Shown: one piece after another, positions 13,534 to 27,541 of the stretch
Layout: every line of letters begins with the position of its first letter
Numbering within the stretch: position 1 is the stretch's first letter
Source of the DNA: Eledone cirrhosa
Lineage: Eukaryota
Length of the DNA stretch: 64,000 bases
Reading direction: 5' to 3'
Assembly: GCA_964016885.1 (NCBI GenBank)
Contig: OZ024740.1
Span: 220,720,001 to 220,784,000 of the forward strand
Position numbers and translations under genes: made by a program
The notes under the pieces: model-generated
Seen by the model: the letters and a program-made list of their open reading frames with translations, nothing else
Database searches by the model: none
What the model was told of the DNA's origin: nothing

Positions 13534-14705
13534 CTGAAGAAAGAATGGATATATAATTGTTATTATTATTAAGTACATTAAGGAAAGAATGGATATATTC
13601 TTTATTATTATTAAGTATATTAAGTAGGGCAGTGAATTGGCAGTATCGGTAGAGCATCGGACAAAATGCTTTGCAGCATATAGTTATAGCTCTTTACATT
13701 GTGAGTTCAAATCCCACTGAGGTTAACTTTGCCTTTCATCTTTACGGGGGTCGATAAATAAAGTATCAATAATGCACCAGGGGTCAATTTAATCGACTTT
13801 CCCATCTCCCTTTAAATTGCTGACCTTGTGCCAAAAGTAGAAACAATTAGTAAGTACATTAAGAAAATTCATTTCCTCATCATCATCAGCTTTTAACGTC
13901 TATTTTCCATGCTTGCACAAGTTAGACAAATGTCACGTGTTGTGGCTTGACTGGTCAGGTGACTTGGCCCTATGCATATGCTTTGTTTTGGTTTGGTTTC
14001 TATGGCTGGATGCCCTTTCTAATACCAACCACGTTACAGCATGTACTGGGAGCATAGGTTCTATGGCTGAATGCCCTCCCAAACACCAACCACTTTACAG
14101 CATGTACTGGTAGCGTTTTATCGTGACTCTGGCACTACCACCTCACAGAGTTGACTGGGTGCCAAAACAAACAAAACAATATAGAAGCAAGATTCAATGA
14201 CTATGAAACATAAATATAAATCTGTTGTTCCAATAATGTATTGGTTTCCATCCTGGGGTCCATGGATCCTTGGGATTCCACATGAACTAAGTTCAAATTT
14301 TCAAGTACTTTGTTAAATACATATGTATTGGCAAACTATATGATAAATGCATTCAGTACATACTGAAAAATGGTTGGTGATAGGAAGGGCATCCAGCTAT
14401 AGAAAGATTGCCAAACACAGGGTTGGGAGGACTCTTTAGTCATGTCAAAAACATGACAACCTCTTCTGCACACTTGGTAGAAGGTGAGACTGAACATAAG
14501 GTCAGTAGCCCCACTTCAGTACTGACTACATCTATATAGACCCATCCAACCTTTACTAGCAGACATTAAATGACAATGATGATGATGTATATGCTATTGG
14601 GTATCCATTCTTCTCTAAGTATAAACATTTCTCTTTTTCAATTATTTTTCTTGTCGTATAACAATCTGGGAGGGGAGCAATTGTAGCAAGGAGTCTGATA
14701 AGGAT

Positions 14706-15983
14706 TCATCATCATCATCATCATCAACGTTTAACGTCCGTGTTCCACGCTTGCATGGGTTTGGACGGGGGTAGTCCCACTTGAGGCAAGAGTGATTGTC
14801 TTGCTCGCATAGGACTGTCTGGCAGGTTTTCTACAGTTGGATGCCCTTCCTAACACCAACCACATTTACAGTGTGGGTCTGGGAGGTTTTTACCGTGTTG
14901 CCTACACGGCCACATTACAGCGTGGACTGTGTGTTTTTTTGTCGTGACACCTACACGATCTCGTTTGTTTCGGCCTGGATGGCGCGGCACCAACATAACT
15001 TTACATGGAACGGGGTGGTGTGGATGGGGTGGGGGTGGTGGCGGGACGGGGTGTAGTTTGTTAGAGATGCCTACTGGCAAGGCGGGTCTTCTCTGTTACT
15101 GAGTACCGCCAAAGGTCACGGTCCAGTGACATTGTCTTGGAGAGGTGTAAGTGTGTGAGGTCGGAGTTTATCAGCTCATCCCATGTTTTTCTAGGTCTGC
15201 CTATTCCGTGGCTACCGTCTATCTTTATTGCCCTGCACTTTGTAATACAGCTATCGACTTTCATGCGCATCACGTGTCCATACCAACGCAGCCTTCTCTC
15301 GAGTAAACAACATCTGATCCCTCTTATCTCTAATTTTTTCCTTAGTTCGTTTATGCTTTGCCGTTCACGTATATTACTGTTACACATCCAGCGGAGCATG
15401 CAAGCTTCGTTCCTCTCTAGTCTGCGTATATCCTCTGCACACAATGCCCAGGTCTCACTACCATGCAACATTGCTGTTCGTATGCAGGCATCGTACAACC
15501 TGCCTTTCATTTTTAGGGAGAACCCTTTAGCAGCTAATAGTGGTATAAGCTCTCTGAACTTTTTCCAACCAGTTCTGACTCTAGCTACAGTACTTTCAGA
15601 GCACCCTCCCCCACTGCTGATTTTATCGCCCAGGTAACGGAAGCTGTCCACTATTTCTATAGAACCCTCTGCGCAATTGAAAGAGCTAGTATTTTGTGGG
15701 CACTTGCTGCTACTTATTGCACCAGAACACCGGCCACATGTAAAGTCTATGTTCTTAGTTAGCTTACCTGTGATCCCACTACATCTTTTATGCACCCATA
15801 CTTTGCATTTAGGACATAAGATGGAGTTTCTACCTACGCCTTTCCTACATACCGAGCACGACCATTTCCCAGAAGGGACCGCCGCCTTGTTTTCTTTCCT
15901 ACAAACTAGAACTTTGGTCTTAGCCAGGTTAATTTTAAGTCCTTTGGTCTTAGCCAGGTTAATTTTAAGTCCTTTTGACTCTA
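14706..15983 (-). mobile_element. 5'-truncated young RTE LINE
   Basis: ORF 15061-15795 (RT C-terminal/thumb, RRLRWYGHVMRM), shared 3' UTR, (ATG)n tail. Confidence 0.92.
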
Positions 15984-16559
15984 TTTAAATAAAAGGGACA
16001 CCTGAGAATGAACAGTTTGGGAACCACTGTTGTAGCCTAACCTGTGTACAGAGAGATACACCCTTTTTAACCAACAGCAGCAACAAAACTCTAAACTTCT
16101 TTCTATGCCTTTCTTACTTTAGTTAATATGTCAGGATTAAAACCATTTCTATCACTACTTAACTCATAGACATTGTTGTTGAAGAGTTCACTTTGCAATA
16201 ACATGGTTTTGGGTTCCATCCCACGGTGTGGTACCATGGGCAAATATCTTCTACTGTAGTCTTGAGTTGACTAATGCCTTCTGAGTTTAATTTGGTAGAC
16301 AGAAACTGTGACTAAGTCCATCATATATACACTTATATATATATGTGTTCATGAGTACATATGTATCCTTGCCTGTGTTTGTTTATGTCCCACAAACCTT
16401 GTTCGCAGTTAAAATAAATGGATGATGCAGTTTAACAGACTTGAAGGGAATAAGTACTAGTGCTGATATTGACTAAATCACTTGAAGGTAGTGCCCCAGC
16501 ATAGTCACATCCAATAACTGAAACCAGTAAAATAAAATAAAAGAATAGAAATATTTTAC

Positions 16560-16757
16560 CTGGAAAGGATCAGTAAATACAGTAGATTTCAAATCTTCAT
16601 CTGATAAAAACTCTGAAAAATAATTCATTAATCTCTGTGCTTCAACTGCACAAGCCCGTGGTGTATTCACTCCTTCAAGTTGATCTCCAAGGTGGACAAC
16701 TTTTGTAGCAACAAAATTGATTCGCTCGTCTAATTCTTGAAACTTAGAATATGAACT
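16560..16757 (-). CDS. EXOC5: EXOC5 exon 3
   Basis: CAG/GT bounded, 198 nt; FQELDERINFVATKVVHLGDQLEGVNTPRACAVEAQRLMNYFSEFL is near-identical to the EXOC5 signature. Confidence 0.97.
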
Positions 16758-18174
16758 CTGAAAAAAAAGAAAGCAAATAATACGGATATAAATGATTCTA
16801 TGGTTGGATGACCTCCCAAACACCAACCCTTTTACAGCATGTACTGGGAACATTTTATCGTGACTCTGGCAGTACCACCTTACAGAGTTGACTAGGTGCC
16901 AAAACAAACAAATCAACTATGTAGAAGCAGGATTCAATGGCTATGAAATATAAATATAAATCTAAGTTCAAATTTTCAAGTACTTTGTTAAGTACATGTG
17001 TATTGGTGAACTACATGATAAATATAGAAACTAAACATATGGCAGAATGGAATGGCACACATCTATTGTTTCCATCAATGTAGGAGGAGTATTATTTTTC
17101 ATTAATAGTCAGAACATGTCGCCACTGTTTACCTCTGTGGGGTAAGTGTTGACTCTTAATACTTTTGATGATACCAATCCATCCAAATCTGCCTTTGCTC
17201 TGGTTCTATGAAATTAAACAACCCATTTTAAGGGGTATTCATATATAAGTCGAGAAATATGTGACAAAAAAAAAAAAAAATCAATGTTAAAATGGGGGTT
17301 GGCTTATATTTGAGATCAATATTTTGTCAATTTTCACCAACTTCAAAATTCAACATAAATGAGGTGCTAAAATATTTTCACTTTGGAGGTGAATATTACA
17401 ACAGTTTCACTTCAGGGGTTAATATTTTACTGATTTCACTTTTGACGAGAAATTTGTATTTCCTGTTGTTTTTTTATATCTTGAATATGGCATTCAAAAA
17501 CTATACTCTTAATGACACTTAAAACATTTTATATATCAAACTATTAAAACTTCTTGAATATATTTTCCACTCATGACAATTTCAAAACCGCACATCTAAA
17601 CATAATGTGTTAATATCCTACCTCAGTTTATACACAGGGTTTCGGTTTTGCCTATTTCTCTGACATAAAATAGGGGAGGTCGGCTTATATTCAGATCAAC
17701 ACACATTTGAGTATGTAGGATAAATGAAAATTTTCCATGATTTGATATGAATATCATGAATACCATCTTAATGATTTCTAATTTAGGCACAAGGCCAGCA
17801 ATTTGAGGAGAACTGACAGTTGATTACATTGTTCCAAGTATTTCACTGGTACTCTATTTTATCAACCCCAGAAAGGCAAAGTTGACCTCAGTGGGATTTG
17901 AACTCAGAACTTTCCTACAAGTGTTTCCTTATAAACATGATAAATAAAGGGTTAAGATACGATGATAATCCTAACCAGGTTTGATTTAACCCTTTCCCTA
18001 CCATTTTTTAGTGAAAGTGACTGCCTATGATTTTCAAATAATTTTGAAAGTAATCAAGAATTTGGTGGGAATAACTAACTTTCTTAGAACATAAAGGTTA
18101 TTACATAAAACTATGATGGAAAGTTTTTAGATAAATACAAAGCACTTTAAAATAAACAGTTTTGTATCATTGAG

Positions 18175-18648
18175 TGGGACTTCACAACATCTGCCCAGGT
18201 CTTCCTTGGCTTCTCCCTACTGTAGTTCCCTTCCACTGGGATTTCTTGGCACTTCTTCACCCAATAATCATTATCCATATGCATTATACGCCCATACCAG
18301 CAGAGTCTTCACTCCTGCACATCACACCCGATTCCCCTTATACCTAGCCTCGCTCCCAGCTCATCTATGCTTTGCCTTATTCACATATTAACATTGTACA
18401 TTCATCGGAGCATACTTCTTTCATTTATCTTCAGGGTTCGCCTATCTTCTGCCTATATCTCACTACCATTCAACATCACACTTCATACATAGCCATCAAA
18501 CAGCTGGCCTTTCTTTCAAGGAGAAACCTTTTGCTGTCAGTAGAGATAGTAGCTCTCTGAACATTTTCCATCCTGTTCTTACTCTATTATGGTCTTGATG
18601 CAGCCTCCTCTCTCATTAACTTTTTCACCTAGGTAACAGAAGCTAGTC
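18175..18648 (-). mobile_element. Old RTE 3' fragment
   Basis: Degenerate similarity to the RTE thumb region (GWKMFREL, GRPRKTW). Confidence 0.65.
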
Positions 18649-19253
18649 TGAGATATCTCAAAGATGGAGACATTAGCGCAATATTTACACACTGTTGTTG
18701 TTTGTTGTTTAACCTCAGGCCAACCTGATTGAGTGGACCTACTATCAAAAGCATTTCAGCTTTGACCGTTCTATTCTTTTTTTTCAGGAATAGTGCATTG
18801 AAAAAAGAAAAGAAAATGAAAGGAGCTGATCACCAAATTGGACCAAAGAAACAATGTTTCTATTGGTCTTTCCACGACTCCTGGCAGAATGAGTAACATA
18901 GAATAAAGCATTTTGCTCATGAACACAATGCATCGTCTGGTTCAAGAATTGAACATTCGATCTTATCATCTGATCATAAGTCCAACGTCCTAACCACAAG
19001 GCCATACACCTTCAGATGAGAACCATATAATATGATTTTTTTAGTATCATTTCAGCGAGATTTAGCTATTATTTCTAGCTGTCTACAATGCATAATTTCA
19101 GAATTTCAATTGCAATAAGCTAAATATAATTTTTCAGAAGACAAATTTACACACACATGCACACACATGTCACACATACACACATATACTGTTTCACTTC
19201 ATGATTTAGAAAAGCTATCATAAGAATATATTAATAGAAGAATGTAAACATAC

Positions 19254-19496
19254 TTGGTTGTTTCTTTGTAATTCTGCAACACGCTGCCAATGACGTTTCT
19301 CTTCTTCTTTGCAGGCATTTTCTAATCTTTCAACTTTCTTGTGAACTTGTAGGTTTTTCTCTTTTAAATCTGTGATCATTCTCTCAAAAGCTGCATGCAG
19401 TGTCATTGGATCAAACTCATCACAGTTAGTTTGTGCTCTGGTTCCCATAGTACGCCAAGCTAAACGTTCCACAAATTCATGTGGATTGAAGGGCTC
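19254..19496 (-). CDS. EXOC5: EXOC5 exon 2
   Basis: AG/GT bounded, 243 nt; EPFNPHEFVERLAWRT...KVERLENACKEEEKRHWQRVAELQRNNQ matches human EPFVADEYIERLVWRT...KVEKLEQQCQKEAKEFAKKVQELQKSNQ. Confidence 0.95.
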
Positions 19497-22407
19497 CTAC
19501 AAAAACAATATCATTAATGAAAGGTGCTCTGCCCATTTCAGCTGTTCAATTAACCGAGTGTGCAATTGGGGAATTAATGTATAAGTGGGTGAGTATTTCA
19601 CTGTTATTCACTGTCTCATTGAAAATAAAGTGAAACAATTTAAAGAAACTTTATTTCAAAACTGGACTTAGCATTATCTAATGTTCCTTTGAAAATAGAG
19701 TGAAGTGATTTGAAGAAACATTATTTCAATACTGGATGTAGCATTAACCAAAATATAAAGAAACATTATATAAAAATTGGGCAGTTCAGGTATAATACCT
19801 TGATGCTCAGCAGTAGCATCCCTAGGGACAGATGGGTACACTGGTTCTCACCCGACTCACACTTATGGCTCCAGGACATTTTTCAGCCACACCCCAGGAA
19901 CTGCTTCTGTTGACAGACTAAACTTAGTTATGGACTGGATGCTTGGAGAGGAAATGGGTGTCACCAAATATTTCTAAAGCCCATTGAAATGACATGATGT
20001 ACACAGAGTCAAAGTGAAGTGTGGCACCTCAATGATTGGCTGCACCAGTTGTGGAAACTTGATTGATTGAGTATTATACAAACACATATACCCGTATTGT
20101 AATTTGAAAGCTGAGTCAGTCAAATCAGCATGACATAGTGGTAAGAAACTCTCAGGCGAGCTAGACAGTAGAAGGTCTTCAGAGAAGAACCCCCACCCCA
20201 CCTCATGCAAGTGTTTTATTTTAGACCTTAACTTCTGTGGCAAGGCTGGATCTTTGAATTACAGATACAATCCACCAGACAGGCTTCCAAATAGTTTACA
20301 TTTACACAATTTCACTCTCAAGGTTTGTGTCAACTTCAGGCTATGGTAGACATTTGTCCAAGATGTCACGCAGTGGGATCCAAGTCAGGACCTCATCATT
20401 GCAAAGCAAAATTCTAAAACACTCAGCTATGTTTACGACCAATACCATTAAGGGTTGCTACTTTAGGCACAAAGTCAGTAATTTAGGGAAAGATTAACAG
20501 TCAAATATATTGACCCCAGTACTTGACTGGTACTTTATTTTATCAACCCCAGAACGATGAAAAGCAAAGTTGATTTCAGCAGGATTTGAAAACAGAACAA
20601 TGAACAACCCTTTGCTCACAATAATATAAATTAAAACTATACGGAACATTTATTTAGATGTAACCATTTGATATTCTTAACATTACAGCAATTAATCGTG
20701 CAAATTATGATTAGTTTCTAAAACCGTTAAGATATTAATTCTTTCACTATCATGTTATTATGAAATACACTGCCTACGATTTTCAATTAATCTTGAAAAC
20801 AATAAGACATAGCTTTCTCGTTATTAAGCTAGTGTTTGGGGCATAACTTAACAAACGTTCTTACATAAAATTATGATGGAAGTTTTTTTAGATAAATATA
20901 AACACAAAAAGGGGGAGGGGGTTTCAGACGGTTTAGCATCGAAATGGTTAACCAAATGCTGAGATATGAAATTATTTTGAAAACCAGTTAGACTTAAAAG
21001 TATCAGTGACAGAATGATGTCTTAGCAACAAGTGAAGCTGGAGACATTATTTATATCAAGAATTCCTATGAAAATGGATATCGTGGGAGAATTTAGACAA
21101 TCACAAATATTGCATATAGAAAGTTTTCCTGTTACGGACTAAGCTTTTTATTACTTAGATCCTTTATTTCATTGGCGTTAAGCGCGCGCGAGAGAGAGTA
21201 TCAAACTCCTGCTGGGTGGGACATCAATCAACTGGAGTAATGTGAAATGAAGTGTCTTGCTCAAAGACACAATGCGCCACCGGTGCAGAAATCGTCAGCT
21301 TAAAACTCTATTTCAAAACCAAATATCTATTTATCTGTACTGTCTTATATGTCATCATCATCATCATTTCTGTGCAGGCCTTTTCAATCAGTGCTGCACT
21401 GTGGCCAAACAACAAAGTGTATCTAAATATATAGTATATTTTAATTGAAGGTCAACTAACTTCTAGATCTGTGTTGTACTTCCAAATATATAAACCCTCT
21501 CGGTCGAGCATATTAGACTATCAATATTTAGTTACATATCTCAGCTGTTAACAGCAAAGGTGTGTCAGCCAAATTAACATGACACAGTGCTAAGAAACTA
21601 CAGGCGAGCTGGACAGCAACATAACGCTTTAACATGGATTTTCTCATTCTATAATTTCTTTTTAATCACAAAAAAAAAGCAAAAACAAAAATAAAACACC
21701 AAATAAACATTATATGTATTTTCCTTAGATAATATCTGTGTTCGAATTGATTTCGAAATTTACAAATTACTTTGATAATTGGTATTTGTTTGACCGTTTG
21801 TATCCCATTGTTTCACTGTTTCATACGGCAAAATACGGAATACGAGGAAGCTAGAGATTGGTTCTGTTAGCAACAATTGGACGGTGTAGAAGTTCAATTA
21901 CCGCAGGAGTGAAAAATCAGTTATCACTAATAATAGATCTCGAATGAAGAAAATGAAAATAACTCGTCCGATTTACTGGATTCAGTTTGCATTCTCTGCA
22001 AACATACTCACACACAGACACTCTAGTCGATGAGGGAACCCTAACCCTAATGTAGCAGCGAATCTAGTGAATCAGACGAGATATTTAAATTTTCTTAATT
22101 CGAGATCTATTGTCAATGATAGCCATAAAATCTAATGTTTTCTACTTTCGCCTTTCTCTGACGGAGAGCAAAGCACGAAACGTTAGGCTCTATATCCTTC
22201 AAGGCATTTAAACATAACCAACTTTTTTACGCCGTCTAATGTTTTGACAGAACTTCGAATAACGGGCCCCACCCCTTTGACATTTTATACGTCATTTAAC
22301 AGAGTAAATTTGTAAATAATAATAATAAAATGAAATTAATTCCTATTTGGTGATAAACAAAAATGTGCGTTAAACATAGACATCGTATAACTATTAACTA
22401 CATTTAC

Positions 22408-22449
22408 CTGTTCTAATTCTTGATAAAGCATCGTTGCAGTTGATGCCAT
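22408..22449 (-). CDS. EXOC5: Exocyst complex component 5 (Sec10), coding exon 1
   Basis: ATG at 22449; encodes MASTATMLYQELEQ, then GTAAAT donor. Joins in frame to exon 2, matching the EXOC5 N-terminus (human MATTAELFE-EPF). Confidence 0.85.
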
Positions 22450-23357
22450 GGTGAGAATGTTTATAAAGAAGTGGTTCAATTAATATAATCCGACAAGTCC
22501 AAAATCAACACATTAATCAAAACTGTTGACAGCTCTCTTCATTTATATCTTAATGTCAGAGATTGGCTTTTGCCAAGTTTATATTTTTCCCCCTAAATAT
22601 ATTATTTTCTCTTTTTCTTTTGAGAGGATTAATTCCTCCAAAGAAAACCCCGACTTGATGGTTATATTATTGCTATAAACTGCTGGAGATTTCAACAGAT
22701 ATTTACTATTAGTGAGCAAAGGGAGGTAACTAACTAACTTCACACTCTCCATACAATGGTTAATTTTGATACAAATCAATATTTTTTGTTCGAATACATA
22801 CTCTCGGGTCCCAAATAACAGGGGCGGGGGCGATAATTTTTGTAGGTTGTCTCCCTTGATTAAAAAAAAAAAGCAAACTAGAATTGGTCGTTTAGTTTAT
22901 ATATTGAGGTCCCAACCCATCCTATTTATTTTATAACGGACGAGATTTCTTGTAATGTTTTATTTTTTGTCATGTATAACGTTTTTTAATGTCTAAAGAA
23001 AATTAATTGTTACAGGAATGCTACCACTTAAAATAAATTAGCAAAAATTAATAAGCGGGGGTGAGGTGGAATAAGATTGGAGGGTGTATGGAAAAATCTG
23101 AAAAATTAATAAGCGGGTGGGGCAGTCTAAAGGCAGAATAAGTAGAACGTCAGACAAAAATATTTAGTGCTATTTACTTACATTCATTTATATTCTGAGT
23201 TCAAACACTCACTAAATTCGATGTGACCTTTCATCATTTGAGAGCAAATAAAACACGTTAAGAATTGGGCTGATTTAATTGACTGTCCTCAACTTTAAAA
23301 AAAAAGTTGGTCTTGAGAATCATTATTGTTAAATGTAGGCCTGGAAAATAATAAACT

Positions 23358-23629
23358 TGAGGGTATGGTGTGGTGTGCGGTGGCCGGAAGCTGGGGAGTG
23401 CTCGACTGGAAGGGTGCTTGACCGGAAGGGTGCTTGGCCAGAAGGGTGCTCGACCGGAAGGGCCAGCAGGTCGACTTCTCTCTAGCGGTGATCAGCAAGG
23501 TGGTGGATGCGAGTTTTGCAGCTCCCGGTGTTAACGAGTTGGATTACGCACATGGAAGAGGAGAAACCAGCCATGGGATTTAGCGGCGCCTATGAAGAGC
23601 AGTAAGTGAGGTAGCTTTTTCTAACCTCA
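23358..23629 (+). repeat. 5' LTR (272 bp)
   Basis: TGAGGGTA...TAACCTCA inverted termini; aligns to 27268-27541 with roughly 10% divergence by eye. Confidence 0.9.
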
Positions 23630-23758
23630 AGCTATTTCAGCACTGGAAACTGAGATCTGATAAAAAAAAAAAAAAAGAACTTTCTCAAAAACAAAGTTAC
23701 TGGAAAAACAGAGAGGAGTCTGTTGTTTTTTTTATTACGTACCGCAAGACAAATTAGG

Positions 23759-26700
23759 ATGGCAATGAGACTCCGAACAAGCGAAGCGATTAGGGCATTT
23801 ACCGGTGAAGGCGATGTTGTCGCTTGGCTGCGAAAAGTCCGGCTGGTCACAAGCTTACAGAAGATAGAGGATGTGGCTGGCCTCATGGCACTGTACCTCG
23901 AGAGGGACGTGTTGGTACTCTTCCTTGAGATGGATGAACACAACCAAAGGGATGCGCAAAAGATTGAGAGGAGCATGATGGAAGCGTTCGCGGAGGAACC
24001 GTTAGCTGCTTTTCCTAAGCTGGCAAGAATTAGATGGAACGGTGAATGGTTGACATTTTCGCAGCGGAAATACGGTGATTGGGCATGTTGGCTGGATATC
24101 AGGTGGAATGCGAATGCACGGTGCAGTTGGCGTTCATAAATGGATTTCCAGATGACATAGCGGTGAAACTAAAGCAAGTCCCGGGTTACAAAGAAATGGA
24201 GATGCGTGCACTGGTGGAACAAGCCCGCATCATAGCAGAAGATGCCAAGAAGAGTGTCGCGGCGATAGCAACTACAGAGGCCCAAGACAGCTGGCAGCGA
24301 AATGGTGAAATGGTAGAGGTCGCTGTTTTAGGTGCCAGGGCCCGCACATGGCTAGAGACTGTAGAGAGTCAAGGCCGGAAATAATGTGCTACCGGTGTAA
24401 GCGACCAGGCCACATCGCTACTAATTGCGACCAGGGAAACGATCCAAGGGGAACTACTGCGCCGGTAGTTGCCCCTTACGAGTAGAGGCGCTGCCCGTCG
24501 TGGAAGTCTTCGTGAGGGAAAAGCCACAGCGAGCCCTCGTGGACACGGGTTGTACGATGACACTGGTGACTGCGGGGGTGGCGCAGAGGTGGAGAGGGAA
24601 GAGCAGCGTAAGGGCAGTCGACGGTAGGAAAATTGAATGTCGAGGTCACAGCGAGGTGGAGATGGCGGTACAGAGAAGGAAAATAAGGCTTTCTGCCATC
24701 GTAGCTGGCAACGTGGTGGATGGGACCGGCGTGGTTATGGGCATGGACGCAATTGGCCGTCTAGGAGGTGTCACAGTGAACAACGTCGGTGTGTCGTTTG
24801 GCAGCGCCGCATCGGTATGCGCTGTGAGTACACAACAGGAGAACCAGAAGGCCCACGAGGAGAAATACCCCACTTACACTGTGCAGGACAAAGACTTCAA
24901 GGCTGTGTTCGATGGGCAGCGATGGGTTGTTGAGTGGTACTGGAAGGGAGAACCACCAACACTGAAGACCAAAGTGGGCTGCTATCAACACATTGAAGGG
25001 AGACATTAGGAGCGAGTTCGAGCGAGAGGTAGAGAGATGGATTGAGGAGGGCATACTGCTTCCTTGGAAAGAGGATGTGAAGTGTGGAGTATTGCCGTTA
25101 ATGGCGGTGGCGCAACCCACAAAGAACAAGGTGAGGCCGGTACTGGACTTTCAGGAGCTGAACGAGCACGTGTCATGCCACACGGGTGGCGAGGTCACGG
25201 ATGTCTGTGGGGAAACCCTGCGGTGCGGAGACGCATGATGGGGGGGTTCCGCATTCGTAGATCAAAATCGGCATACTTGCAATTGCATATAGATGTGAAG
25301 CTCTGGCAGTATCAGCTGGTCAGGTATAAGGGCCGGACATATTGCCTGACCAGGCTCGGTTTCGGGCTGAGCTCCGCACCGAAGATCATGGTGGCGGTCC
25401 TCAAGACCATTCTGGGAAAGGCCGACGAGATGAAGAGGGCCACTAATTCCTACATTGACGACATCCTAGTGGACGAGTCTGTAGTGTCAGCGGCGGAGGT
25501 CACGAGCCATTTACAGGGGTATGGACTGGCTGCGAAGCTGTCAGAAACGTTGGAGGGAGGAGCTGCGCTGGGACTTAGGCTATGGCGAGACAGGATGGGC
25601 GTCTTAGTATTCCAGAGAGGAAATGAAGTTCCAGAACTGGGCCTAAGTATGAGTGTGGGCCTCGGTGTGTGGAAAGTTGGTGGGTCACTACCCGATTGCT
25701 TGGTGGCTCTGGACGGCATGCAGCTATGTCAAGAGACGAGCGGGAGGGGTGACTTGGAGTGATAGAGTGGGAGAGAGGACGATGGCCATGATGCAGGAGA
25801 TCGTGGAGAGGGTGAAGGCCGACAACCCAGTGTGGGGATGCTGGTATGTTCCCAAATCGCAGAGCGGGACCATATGGTGTGATGCCAGCAGCATAGCGCT
25901 GGGTGTCACGTTGGAGATAGGAGGTATTGAGGTCAAGGATGCAGCCTGGCTTAGGAAGAAGGACGACTGCAACCATATCAATGTGGCCAAGCTGGACGCG
26001 GTGTTGAGAGGGGTGAACCTCGCCCTGAGGTAGGGACTGCGCACCATCGAGATACGCACCGACTCGGCTACTGTACTCGGATGGGTGAGATCAGTGCTCA
26101 CCAGTGAGAAGAGAGTGCGAACGAGAGGGGCGGCGGAGATGCTGATAAAGCGCCACCTGGGAACTTTAGGAGAGCTGGCCACCGAGTTCGACCTGAGGCT
26201 GAGCGTAGTTTTCGTGCCCTCAGAGAAAAATAGGGCGAACGTCTTAACCAGGGTGAAGAAAGCCTGGATGGAAGTGCCGGAGGAGGTAGAAGAGGAGATA
26301 GCTGCCGTGTGTTGGCTGACCGAGTCGGATCTGAAAGGGTTGCATGACATGCACCACATGGGGGTGGATAGAACTCTGTTCCTAGCCAGGGGAATCGACT
26401 CAGACGATAACAGACACAGTGTTCAAAGAGTGGTTAGAGGCTGCGTCCGATGTCAGTCCATTGATCCCGCCCCGGGTGTGCACGAAACAGGAAGCCTCCC
26501 GGTGGATCGCGACTGGAAGCGATTGGCGGTGGATGTAACACACTACCGACAGGAAACGCACCTCTCGATGGTCGACTGTGGACCGGGATGGATGGCGATA
26601 TGGAGGGAGATGAAGACTGGAACGGCCGAGGAAATCATGCGGACGTTGAGAGATGTGTTCTTGGAGAGGGGCCCTGTGGACGAACTGCTGATGGAGGCGC

Positions 26701-27257
26701 TGAGGGAGATGCTCGATGGATGGAAGGTGGACCGTTTCTTCAGAGCAGCGTACAGGCTGAGAGGAAATGGAATCGTGGAGCGACACCACCGGACGATCAA
26801 AGCAATGGCGGAGCGGGGCCACATCTCACCAATGGAGGCAGTGTTCTGGTACAACATGTCCCCTCGGGTGGGACAGGTTGAGGAATCGGTCCCACACAGA
26901 GCAGTATTCAGATACGAGTGGTGGCACCCGAGCACGCCACCACAACGGCCAGTGGGGAGAGAGAATGCATTCGTGCAGGTGGGCGAAGAAGTCTGGGTTA
27001 AGCCCCCAGATGCACGTTGCACATCTCAATGGGGAAGGGGAACAGTGACGGCCGTAAATTCCCAGAACAATGTGTCTGTGGACGGAGTACCACGTCATGT
27101 CCTGGATGTCCGTAGAATTTCTGTGTCAACGGACTCCGAGGAAGAGGAAACCCAAAGGGCCTCCTCAACACTGCGGAGATTGCAAAGACGTCGCAAACCA
27201 CCAACCTGGACAGCAGACTTTCATATGCAGAAGGACGAGGGGAAAATTGATCCTTGA
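23759..27257 (+). pseudogene. Frameshifted gag-pol of the Gypsy element
   Basis: Gag CCHC knuckle CYRCKRPGHIATNC (~24387-24428), protease ALVDTGC, RT RLGFGL/YIDD, RNase H WCDAS, integrase H-H-C-C plus VDV...GIVER core; split across several frames. Confidence 0.92.
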
Positions 27258-27267
27258 GATCAGGGGG

Positions 27268-27541
27268 TATGGGTTTGGTGTGGTCTGCGGTGGCTGGAAG
27301 CTGGGGAGTGTTCGACCGGAAGAGTGCTTGACCGGAAGGGTGCTTGGGCGGAAGGGTGCTCGACTGGAAGGGCCACCAGGTCGGCCTCTCTCTAGCGGTG
27401 ATCAGGAACGTGGTGGACGCGAGTTTTGCAGCTCCCGGTGTTAACGAGTTGGATTGTACGCATGTGGAAGAGGAGAAACCAGCCATGGGATTTAGCAGCG
27501 CCTATGAAGAGTGGTAAGTGAGATAGCTTTTTCTAACCACA
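27268..27541 (+). repeat. 3' LTR (274 bp)
   Basis: Direct repeat of the 5' LTR; ends TAACCACA followed by the TSD. Confidence 0.9.

Larger units (their letters stand above)
23358..27541 (+). mobile_element. Full-length, decayed Ty3/Gypsy LTR retrotransposon
   Basis: Two LTRs; 5-bp TSD AAACT (23353-23357 and 27542-27546); PPT-like GAGATCAGGGGG before the 3' LTR; domain order gag-PR-RT-RH-INT. Confidence 0.95.

Noticed and set aside
15137-15988. + strand ORFs overlapping LINE copies (also 31792-32439, 35429-35800) and antisense ORFs within the Gypsy element
   Set aside because: Antisense shadows of TE coding sequence.
22037-22050. AACCCTAACCCTAA as a telomerase RNA template or telomeric array
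   Set aside because: Only about two repeats; no recognisable pseudoknot, CR4/5 or H/ACA domain nearby.
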